Shown here piece after piece: positions 1-7,357 of a DNA stretch of 64,000 bases. The notes below the pieces were generated by a model. It did not search any database, was not told where the DNA came from, and saw only the letters and a list, made by a program, of their open reading frames with translations. Source of the stretch: Acidobacteriota bacterium (lineage in GTDB: Bacteria > Acidobacteriota > CAIWXX01). Position numbers and translations under genes: made by a program. Location: contig JBFMAF010000031.1 of the NCBI GenBank assembly GCA_040755995.1, forward strand, positions 32,001-96,000. Direction: 5' to 3'. The stretch's first letter is position 1. Every line of letters begins with the position of its first letter.

Positions 1-1222
1 CGCGCGAGTCCATGACAAGGAAGACGAACGGCCGGCCACCCCGATCGACGATCGCGCTCGCCGGGATCCCAACGCCGGCCGGCCCTCGGTCCGGCGAGCG
101 CTCCTCCAGAAACGTGAGCTTGACACTCATGTCGTAGGGAAGGATTCGAGCGGATGCTTCGATCGTCGCCTTCACCTCGATCGTGTTCTTGTTTCTGTCG
201 GCGCGCGGCGCGATGCGGGTCACCTCGCCGAGGATCACCTCGCCGGGCCAGGCGTTCGGCGACACCTCGACGGACTGGTGGAGCCGTACCTTGCCGATGT
301 CGGTCTCGCTGATGTCGGCTGCGACCTCTTGCTTTCCGAGGTCGGCCATCGACACTACGGGCGAGCCGGCGGCCAGGGTGTCGTATCCCTCGATGTAGGG
401 CACACCGGGCGCGACGAAGTCACCGACGTCGCTGAACTTCCTTAGAACGCGGCCCGTCACCGGGGCGCGGATCGTCGCGTAGGCCAGACGGTCGCTCGCG
501 GCAGTCCAGCGCGCTTGCGCGGCGGCCAGCGAGGCCTCGGCCATCTCGATCTCCTCTCTTCGCGGCCCGGCCTCCGCCATGCTGAGCGAATGATGAGCAG
601 CCGCCAGGTCGCTTTCGCTGACATCGAGCTCGGTGCAGGCCTGATCGAACGCCTGAGCCGAAAGAAAGCCCGACTCGAAGAGCGCCTTGCTGCGGACCAT
701 CTCGCGCTGCGCCCTCTCCTTGGCTGCCATGAGACCCTGCACCCTGGCTCGTGCCACGGCAACCTCCTCCACGCGGGTCCCGGCTTGCAGCCGGCTGAGA
801 CCGGCCTGGGCGAGCGCGACGTTGGCCCGCGCCTCGGCCTCCTCGACCTCGAAGTCGCGGCTGTCGATTTTCGCGATGACCTCGCCCTGGCCGATCTCGT
901 CTCCTTCGGCGACGCACAGCGAGACGATCCGCCCCTGGACCTTGGGCACGACGTAGACGACCTTCGCGGCTCGCACGTAGCCGCCGGCCGTGAGCGTGGG
1001 CGCCGAGCCCTGTGCGCCTGCCGGCGCAGTCACCGTGATCACCTCTACCGGCACCGCCCTTGCCGAAACGATGCGCCACGTCCCGGCAGCCGTCATGACG
1101 GCGGCGGCGACCGCGCCGATCACCAGGTGTTTCCAGCGCCGGGCCCGTTTGGGATCGCCCCGTGTCGCGTTCCGAATGTGCTGGCTCTTGTCGATCCGCA
1201 GACCTTCAAGCAGCTCTTTCAT
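1..1222 (-). CDS. Efflux RND/ABC periplasmic adaptor (HlyD/MFP family), 3' end outside window
   Basis: Hand translation from ATG 1222 (GGAGG RBS): MKELLEGLRIDK, then a TM helix, then TAGGYVRAAKVVYVVPKVQGRIVSLCVAEGDEIGQGEVIAKID (lipoyl-like half), a coiled coil and TIRAPVTG. Absent from the ORF track because there is no stop in the window. Confidence 0.9.
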   Translation of the reverse strand, partial: MKELLEGLRIDKSQHIRNATRGDPKRARRWKHLVIGAVAAAVMTAAGTWRIVSARAVPVEVITVTAPAGAQGSAPTLTAGGYVRAAKVVYVVPKVQGRIVSLCVAEGDEIGQGEVIAKIDSRDFEVEEAEARANVALAQAGLSRLQAGTRVEEVAVARARVQGLMAAKERAQREMVRSKALFESGFLSAQAFDQACTELDVSESDLAAAHHSLSMAEAGPRREEIEMAEASLAAAQARWTAASDRLAYATIRAPVTGRVLRKFSDVGDFVAPGVPYIEGYDTLAAGSPVVSMADLGKQEVAADISETDIGKVRLHQSVEVSPNAWPGEVILGEVTRIAPRADRNKNTIEVKATIEASARILPYDMSVKLTFLEERSPDRGPAGVGIPASAIVDRGGRPFVFLVMDSR

Positions 1223-1303
1223 CGCGTCCCTCCTGTGCTGCAACGTCTCGGCGGCCGCGCGGGCCTGCTGTGCCGGGCGCCGGGCGAGAAGAAATACTGG
1301 TCG

Positions 1304-1324
1304 ATGTGTTTAGACATATTTACC
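1304..1324. promoter_or_regulatory. Putative ArsR operator upstream of the efflux gene
   Basis: AT-rich 21-mer whose reverse complement matches 1734-1754 at 15/21 positions. Confidence 0.5.
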
Positions 1325-1386
1325 TCTCCGAAACACAAAAAAACGCTGCGGCAGCGCCCTGGTGACAACGCTGTGGAGGCGGCTGT

Positions 1387-1752
1387 TCACTTGTCACTCC
1401 GGTGCTGACAACAGTTCTCGATGGCGTCGGCGACCGCCCGCAGCGTGTCCACGATGCAGTTCCGGCAGATGGAATAGTAGACCTCCTGACCTTCCTTTTC
1501 GGTCTGCACCAGGCCGCCGGTCTTGAGCACCTTCAGGTGATGCGAGATGGCCGGCCGGCTGATGCTGAACTGATCGGCGATGTCGCCGACGCACATCCGC
1601 CTCGCCCTGGCGAGCATGGCGACGATCTTGAGGCGCGTCGGCTCGATCAGCGCCAGCACGGTTTCCATCGCCTTCTGGTCGATAGGCGACGCGCAGGCGA
1701 GCTTATTTGCGGGTCTAGTCTCAGTTGTCATTTGGTAAATCCGTTCATACAT
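1387..1752 (-). CDS. ArsR/SmtB family transcriptional regulator
   Basis: EPTRLKIV...CVGDIADQFSISRPAISHHLKVLKTGGLV...GQEVYYS winged HTH; C-terminal CC. Alternative start at 1731. Confidence 0.93.
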   Translation of the reverse strand: MYERIYQMTTETRPANKLACASPIDQKAMETVLALIEPTRLKIVAMLARARRMCVGDIADQFSISRPAISHHLKVLKTGGLVQTEKEGQEVYYSICRNCIVDTLRAVADAIENCCQHRSDK

Positions 1753-1757
1753 ATTTA

Positions 1758-1786
1758 ATTATAGTACCGGTACCTCCGGTTGTCAA
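1758..1786 (-). promoter_or_regulatory. Consensus sigma70 promoter of arsR
   Basis: Minus-strand TTGACA (1786-1781), 17 bp spacer, TATAAT (1763-1758). Confidence 0.85.
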
Positions 1787-1950
1787 GTACCTTGGCACAC
1801 AAGCACACAAGTGTGCGTAGCAGATCTGGGGGCGGCGGGACCCCCACCCACGCCAGAGGAGGTGACTCAGGCATACAACAGCAGGAACCAGAGCACAGAC
1901 AACTTGGCACCAGAATCAACACGAGGATGGGACCCTTCCGGAGTCGCCCA

Positions 1951-2027
1951 GGTGGCTCAGTATCACCCGACACTGGATGGCTCACCATACCCGACTCCGG
2001 GTGGCTCAATTAGCCCGACTCTTGACA
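1951..2027. mobile_element. Orphan IS21-family terminus
   Basis: Three imperfect 24-25 bp repeats (G[G/A]TGGCTCA-N5/6-CCCGAC) at 1951, 1976 and 2000, ending in ...CTTGACA; no istA/istB present. Confidence 0.65.
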
Positions 2028-2069
2028 CCGCAGAAGTCAGAGGGGCTTTGCGATGTAGCTAGTTCGTCG

Positions 2070-2411
2070 TCAAGGTTGCGAGGGGGGGTTGATACTCTGG
2101 TCTTCCTGTGCGGCATCTTGGGTCGGGTCCATGACTGCCCCAATGATCATGAGTGCGCCGGTAAGTCGGTCACGAATCGTGAACAGGAACGGCCTGTCCA
2201 GTTTCAGATGGAAGCGCTCTTCTCCTGTCATCATGCCTCCGTAAACTATCCCGACCAGCGTTTCTGCATTTGCCAAGATGCCGGCTTCCGTCACCCGGAT
2301 GTCGACAATCTGGGCCATGTCCGTCAGCCGGGAGCGAGGGATCCGGATCATGCACACGAGATCCCGAAACATCTCCCGCATGTTCATTTCCTCGAGCTGC
2401 CTCCGCAAGTC
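2070..2411 (-). pseudogene. Serpin C-terminal fragment
   Basis: DIRVTEAG (hinge-like) ... LKLDRPFLFTIRDRLTGALMIIGAVMDP serpin signature; 5' part missing, in-frame TAG at 2412-2414. Confidence 0.75.
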
Positions 2412-2810
2412 CTAGCAATCAACCTGGGCGTCGTCGCGATCGCCCTCCTCCTTCCGGGATACCTTGGGCATGGATCGAACCCTTTGTCGGATGAGGTGAA
2501 ACTCGGGTTGGTCGGGCAGTACGTTGTCACGGCCGCTGTTACCTGGGGCATAGTGGCCTTCATCAACGGTAGCCGAGCCGAGCCACTCAACGCGGGCCGG
2601 GCGATGATGCTGACGAGCACCCTGCTTGTCGTCGTCAATACAGCGATCCTCATGATAATGAATGTCCACAGGTTTCTCTCGCCGGAGGCCTGGGGCGGGG
2701 TCGTGGTTGACGTTTCCGTCGGCGGCTGGCTGGTGACGGCCATCGGGTGGCGCCGGTCGCATGAGTTTCAGAAGTCCCGCGCCGAAGAGACGGGGATCGG
2801 GTCCGCCTAG
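2412..2810 (+). pseudogene. 5'-truncated membrane protein (about 4 TM)
   Basis: Hydrophobic segments LAINLGVVAIALLLP, VVTAAVTWGIVAFI, MLTSTLLVVVNTAILMIM, GVVVDVSVGGWLVTAIGW; no plausible start. Confidence 0.4.
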
Positions 2811-2846
2811 CCTGGCGTTGGGCGGTATCTTCGGTGCACAGAACCT

Positions 2847-3116
2847 CTGAAACAGTATGAATTCGACCCTCGCCAGTTCTCCGTCGAGACACTCAAGTTC
2901 GACATCACCTGGATCGCTTGGTACGAAGTCCACTTCTGGCTGAACGAGGACGAGTATCAGCTCTTCGGGAATGATCGGCCGGCTTTCGCAAGCCTCGCTG
3001 AACACTGCGCCGCGGACAAAGGACAGCTGTTCAATCGCGACAAGATAGTCCGGAACAACGGCCCTGGTGGCACTTCCATCCGGCCTAACCAACCGATCCC
3101 CATCTCGGCGATGTGA
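2847..3116 (+). CDS. Small cassette-like hypothetical protein (start degenerate, CTG)
   Basis: Open frame LKQYEFDPRQFSVETLKFDITWIAWYEVHFWL...RPNQPIPISAM; preceded by GTTGGGC (2817) and reading through GCCTAAC (3083). Confidence 0.45.
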   Translation: MKQYEFDPRQFSVETLKFDITWIAWYEVHFWLNEDEYQLFGNDRPAFASLAEHCAADKGQLFNRDKIVRNNGPGGTSIRPNQPIPISAM

Positions 3117-3210
3117 TGCTCCGGGCCCTACGCCGTCGTTGCAGAAGCCGGAAGAAGGCACAGAAGACCCGTACGTAACGCAGACCCTCACAGCCTTGCG
3201 GGCAAACACA

Positions 3211-3333
3211 TTGACACGGGGTTTCATGCTGCATACCATCCTGACGGAAGGACAACAAGCCGCGTCTATCCGGAACCAGGATAGACACCGGCTGGGCTTG
3301 AATTGAACCAAACCATGCGGCCTCCCGTTAGGC
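3211..3333 (+). promoter_or_regulatory. Pc-like promoter and attI/attC core-like site
   Basis: TTGACA(3211)-17-TACCAT(3234); GTCTATCC/GGATAGAC inverted repeat; GTTAGGC at 3327-3333, 10 bp before ATG 3344. Confidence 0.5.
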
Positions 3334-3343
3334 GGAAGACGAC

Positions 3344-4072
3344 ATGTGGCCATTTCGACGAAAGCACCCGGAACCAGACACGGGGCTGATCGGACAGTGG
3401 CGCCTCGATAAGCGCGATTCCGCTGCCTTGGCCAACTACGGTGATCACGCGATGACCTTCACCTCACACGGGGAGCTGGTCTACATGACCATAGCCGACC
3501 CAGAGATCAGCGGCCGCGTGCTTCTTGTCTATAGCGTAGAAGGATCGCTGCTGATCACCGATCAGCCAAGCGATCCCCGACAAGAGCGAACAGTCTACCG
3601 CATTCACGGCGACAGGCTGCTTCTTGGCGAACCGCCAGTCATACTGGTTCGAGATCACGCCGAGTCGTCCGATCCCCTTGCGGGCGCCCTGGCGCTCGGC
3701 ACCGCGGCGATCGAGCACGGGCTCGGTTCTGCGCATCCCGATTCGGCCTTCGTCCCCTTCCTAATGACGCAGACTGCCTCGGGGCGCCAATTGTACCGGT
3801 TCGTTACGGATACCGCCGAGGAGGCCAACAAGGCGGCCCATGCACGATTCCGCGAGCTTCGCAGGGAGATCGAGGTTTCGGCATGGGTGTATGACGGCTA
3901 CCTCACCGTTGGCCAGGACAAGTTTGACGCGGTACTCGCCGAACTGAGCTCCCGGCGCTCACCAACCGGGCTTCTTCTCGCACAGCCCTACGCGATCGAG
4001 AAGTTCCCCGCCAAACGTGTTGCTCCGTTGCAAACGCGGGAGTGGGATTCGTGGTTTACTTCCGCCTGCTAG
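3344..4072 (+). CDS. Hypothetical protein (cassette-like)
   Basis: 242-aa ORF MWPFRRK..., starting immediately after a GTTRRRY site. Confidence 0.7.
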   Translation: MWPFRRKHPEPDTGLIGQWRLDKRDSAALANYGDHAMTFTSHGELVYMTIADPEISGRVLLVYSVEGSLLITDQPSDPRQERTVYRIHGDRLLLGEPPVILVRDHAESSDPLAGALALGTAAIEHGLGSAHPDSAFVPFLMTQTASGRQLYRFVTDTAEEANKAAHARFRELRREIEVSAWVYDGYLTVGQDKFDAVLAELSSRRSPTGLLLAQPYAIEKFPAKRVAPLQTREWDSWFTSAC

Positions 4073-4079
4073 CCATCCC

Positions 4080-4841
4080 ATGTCTGCATTGGCAACTTTC
4101 GCAGCAGTAGTCGTTTCAGCCGCGGCAGTTGCGCTCGTGGTAGTGCTAGTGCGCTTCAATCAGAAGCGCCTATATATTGCACGATGCGCCGCTGCCGCTG
4201 CGCACGAGCAGCTTGAGCGTATCTACTGTCTTGTCGACCAAACTGGGACTACGACGTCGAACGGCTATGTCCTAGCTCGTACGAACAAGAGAGTGGACAA
4301 CACAGCTTGCCTCATACCGATCCCCACGGGACTGCCCGACTTTCCATGGGCTGGGAGGGTAGTTGAGGTCAAGGTAGCCGAGACAGTAGAGTTCCGGTTC
4401 GTCAAGTCCGTGGCAGCCGAGCCCTGGCTGCTGGGTCGCGCGTATCGCCCTGTGCGCGTCGCCCGGCACCAGACAAAGAACCGCGCCGAGGCTCGAAATA
4501 CGTTCTCGCCAAGGTGGTACGTGGCCAACAGCAAGGAGTTGTTGGAGGCTCTATGGGCCGTGTGTCCGAAATACCCGACCGAACTACTCTCCTACCTGTT
4601 GTGCGTCGGCGGGTTGAGCTTCGAATTCGAACCGATCGACCAAGGCCGGATCGGCACCAGTCCGGCCTGGGTTCAGGATCCCGAGCACCAAACCTGCGAC
4701 AAGTGCAAGAAGCGGATGTATCTAGTGTTGCAGTTGCCTGGAACGGTGATCAGCAAGAAGGCGTTTCACAGGGGTACGTTTTTCTTCTTCGGCTGTCGTG
4801 CACACCCGAATGAAACCAAGACTCTTGCGCAGTTCACCTGA
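4080..4841 (+). CDS. Membrane-anchored protein with YwqG/DUF1963-like C-terminal domain
   Basis: N-terminal TM; GRIGTSPAWVQD...CDKCKKRMYLVLQL...FFFGCRAH motif. Confidence 0.6.
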   Translation: MSALATFAAVVVSAAAVALVVVLVRFNQKRLYIARCAAAAAHEQLERIYCLVDQTGTTTSNGYVLARTNKRVDNTACLIPIPTGLPDFPWAGRVVEVKVAETVEFRFVKSVAAEPWLLGRAYRPVRVARHQTKNRAEARNTFSPRWYVANSKELLEALWAVCPKYPTELLSYLLCVGGLSFEFEPIDQGRIGTSPAWVQDPEHQTCDKCKKRMYLVLQLPGTVISKKAFHRGTFFFFGCRAHPNETKTLAQFT

Positions 4842-4883
4842 AGACGTCTATCCTTTGAGTCGAGCCGGGTCTCGCGCCCCAGA

Positions 4884-4954
4884 GCCCCAACCGACCGATC
4901 GTAGCGACGATTCCGTGCTGAGATCGGGCTGGAGGCGAGGCTCGCCTTCCAGCC
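4884..4954 (+). repeat. Degenerate attC-like palindromic sequence
   Basis: CCCAACCGACCGATC resembles CCTAACCAACCGATC at 3084; hairpin GGCTGGAGGCGAG/CTCGCCTTCCAGCC at 4927-4954; no closing GTTRRRY. Confidence 0.35.
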
Positions 4955-5028
4955 TCAGCTAGAGGAATACTACCATCGTAGTAGGAAGCCACCACTGAAA
5001 CCAAGCCAGGCCACCAACCGGGGTATGC

Positions 5029-5165
5029 TCATACTCCCCTTAGTGGCCTGTGGAAGCGCTCTTCATAGGCCCGTTTGATCTTGTCGAAGTGATGATAGAG
5101 GACGGCGAAGAAAACAGCCTTCCCGGGATGGCGCGGCCTGTAAGGCGCTGGCTTCGCAGATGAGG
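5029..5165 (-). mobile_element. IS91-family (Y2/HUH) transposase N-terminal fragment
   Basis: YRPRHPGKAVFFAVLYHHFDKIKRAYEERF...LR resembles the N-terminus preceding the Zn-binding domain of IS91-like transposases; truncated. Confidence 0.65.
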
Positions 5166-5486
5166 ATTGTAAAGCGTCCACAGTCCATACATGGACGCAG
5201 TGTTGGGGCCACCCGCGCTTGGTGCCTATCGTCTGCAAATCGCAGGACAGCGCGTGTAACCGGACTGTCATCCCTTTCGCCTAGATACCGAATTGCTGTT
5301 GGGCGGAGTTCCTTCTCCCCTATACTGGGCTCGTGCCCGTACCCGTCCCGCACCCAGCGCCAACTCCCGGAAGGCGAACGCGGACGATCTGCTGGAGACG
5401 CCACAAAGGCACCCAAGGCAAGATGAAAAACGAAAAACGCAGAAGGACTCGACTCTTGGATCCGGCATTTCGCACTTCGCACTGAT

Positions 5487-5516
5487 TTGACTTCCCCGAC
5501 CGAGCGCGGGTATTAT
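5487..5516 (+). promoter_or_regulatory. Sigma70-type promoter of the tes-like gene
   Basis: TTGACT-18-TATTAT; GAGGAGG RBS before GTG 5565. Confidence 0.6.
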
Positions 5517-5564
5517 GCGTCCTCGTCCTTGTAATTCCGTTCCGAGGACAGAGGAGGACAGCCG

Positions 5565-7202
5565 GTGAGCACGCTGAGTTTCTTCAGAAAACGAAAAGTC
5601 GACAGGTTTCAGGTAAGGCAGCCGGAGACGACGTACACAGGCGCGAGGATATACCCCCCTCAGAAGGGCCTGCCCAAGATCACTCAATCTCTATGCCCCG
5701 AGTGCACGTCGGTCATAGATGCGCGGGTCTTCGAGGAAGACGGGGCTGTCTTCATGGAGAAGACGTGCCCGCAACACGGGTACTGCAAGGACCTCATCTT
5801 GTCGGACGCCAAGCTGTACTACAAGATGCAGCAATGGGGATTTGGAGACAACCGCGGCCTCGCGAACCCCGCGGTGCCGAACGCCGCCAGGTGCCCGGAA
5901 CAGTGCGGCCTCTGCGGAATGCACACGTCCCACACCGGTCTGGCCAACATCGATCTGACGAACCGCTGCAACCTGACCTGCCCGGTCTGTTTCGCCAACG
6001 CGAACGCGGCGGGCTACCTGTATGAACCGTCGCTCGAGTACGTCCGCAAGATGCTCACGGCCCTTCGTTCGCTACAGCCCTGCCCCGCGCGCGTGATCCA
6101 GTTCTCAGGCGGAGAGCCCACCATCTACCCGCATTTCTTCGAGGCGTTGAAGATGGCCAGGGAGGTGGGTTTCACACACATCCAGTGCGCAACCAACGGG
6201 CTGGCGTTCAGCGATATCGAGTTCGCGGCGAAGGCCAAGGAATCCGGCCTTCACACCCTCTACCTCCAGCTCGACGGCACCCTCGACACGGTCTACCAGA
6301 GGACGCGAGGCGAGGAGCTGGCAGCCGCCAAGCTCAAGTGCATCGAGAACGTCAAGGCCGTCGGCCTCAAGATCGTCTTCGTCCCCACAATCGTCAAGGG
6401 CGTCAACGATCACCAGATCGGCGACATCATCCGCCTGGCCCTGCAGAACATCGAGTGCATCTCCGGGATCAGCTTCCAGCCCGTGGCGTTCACCGGCCGG
6501 ATCGCGCGGCGCCAGCGCGAGGCCATGCGATTTACCCTGTCAGACCTCGCGCGCTGCGTCGAAGAGCAGACGGGATTGGCAGACCGCTACCGCGATTGGT
6601 ACCCGCTCGCCTTCACATCGCCCTTCAGCCGCCTCGTCAGCGCCATCCGCGGTTCGGAGACCATGACCCTCACCTGCCATCCGAACTGCTCGATGGGCAC
6701 CTACTTCTTCGTAGATCAGGACCGCAACGCGACACCCGTGACGAAGTTCCTGAACTGCGAAGAGATGATGAAGGACATGGACCTGCTTGCGCGCAAGACC
6801 GGCTCCTCTTCATTCAAGTTCTACTCGCAGCTCAAGGCCTGGAACTCGCTGCGGCGGCATTTCAACGAGAAGGAGGCGCCCAAAGGGCTCACCTTCAAGC
6901 GGTTCCTCGCGACGCTCCAGGGCTTCACCGACAAGCGATACGGCCGCGGCGCCATGGACGGCACCTACACGTACAAGACGCTCATGGTAGCGGGTATGCA
7001 CTTCATGGACCACTACAACTACGACGTCGAACGCGTCAAGCGGTGTGTCATTCATTACGCCGCCCCGAACGGGATCGTCTACCCGTTCTGTGCTTACAAC
7101 TCCGGTCCGACCTTCCGCGAGAAGATCGAAAAGCGATTCTCGGTGCCGATAGACATCAAGGAGGTCGCGAGAGGCGAGAGGCTGACAGCGGACGACGCAT
7201 AG
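5565..7202 (+). CDS. tes: Radical SAM enzyme, tetraether lipid synthase Tes/GDGT-MAS (MJ0619-like) homologue
   Basis: Rubredoxin-like CPEC...CPQH; CPEQCGLCGMH cluster motif; CNLTCPVC RS motif; QFSGGEPT; FQPVAFTGR; TCHPNC; MHFMDHYNYDVERVKRCVIHYA; PFCAYN. Confidence 0.85.
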   Translation: MSTLSFFRKRKVDRFQVRQPETTYTGARIYPPQKGLPKITQSLCPECTSVIDARVFEEDGAVFMEKTCPQHGYCKDLILSDAKLYYKMQQWGFGDNRGLANPAVPNAARCPEQCGLCGMHTSHTGLANIDLTNRCNLTCPVCFANANAAGYLYEPSLEYVRKMLTALRSLQPCPARVIQFSGGEPTIYPHFFEALKMAREVGFTHIQCATNGLAFSDIEFAAKAKESGLHTLYLQLDGTLDTVYQRTRGEELAAAKLKCIENVKAVGLKIVFVPTIVKGVNDHQIGDIIRLALQNIECISGISFQPVAFTGRIARRQREAMRFTLSDLARCVEEQTGLADRYRDWYPLAFTSPFSRLVSAIRGSETMTLTCHPNCSMGTYFFVDQDRNATPVTKFLNCEEMMKDMDLLARKTGSSSFKFYSQLKAWNSLRRHFNEKEAPKGLTFKRFLATLQGFTDKRYGRGAMDGTYTYKTLMVAGMHFMDHYNYDVERVKRCVIHYAAPNGIVYPFCAYNSGPTFREKIEKRFSVPIDIKEVARGERLTADDA

Positions 7203-7225
7203 CCCCATCGGAACACGAGAAAGAC

Positions 7226-7262
7226 AGGCCCTGGCCTTCGTTCCGGAAGGCTGGGGCCTTTT
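7226..7262 (+). terminator. Rho-independent terminator after tes
   Basis: AGGCCCTGGCCTTC-loop-GAAGGCTGGGGCCT followed by a T tract. Confidence 0.75.
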
Positions 7263-7357
7263 GCTTCCGGCCGATCTCCCTTCTTCCAGCTCACCGTGTC
7301 TCCGCGTCCCCGCGTCTTCTTGACTGCCTCGCCCCATCGTTGTAGTCTGCGCCGAAG

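Noticed and set aside
515..1408. 297-aa plus-strand ORF and similar long shadow ORFs (e.g. 6185, 9037, 37471, 46142, 57703)
   Set aside because: Antisense or off-frame shadows of well-supported genes in high-GC DNA
1781..2027. MITE bounded by TGTCAAG...CTTGACA
   Set aside because: Only 7 bp match; the left copy is better explained as the arsR -35 box and lacks the subterminal repeats
1951..2027. CRISPR array
   Set aside because: Repeats are adjacent with no spacers, and there are no cas genes
2412..3116. TAG readthrough (pyrrolysine or recoding) joining in-frame ORFs at 2810 (+) or 2412 (-)
   Set aside because: The flanking segments look unrelated, a GTTRRRY site lies at the 2810 junction, many ordinary genes here end in TAG, and no pyl genes are present
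3111..3145. Second degenerate IS91 transposase start (RRR/PEH) divergent from the 3327 site
   Set aside because: Needs frameshifts and is too short to support
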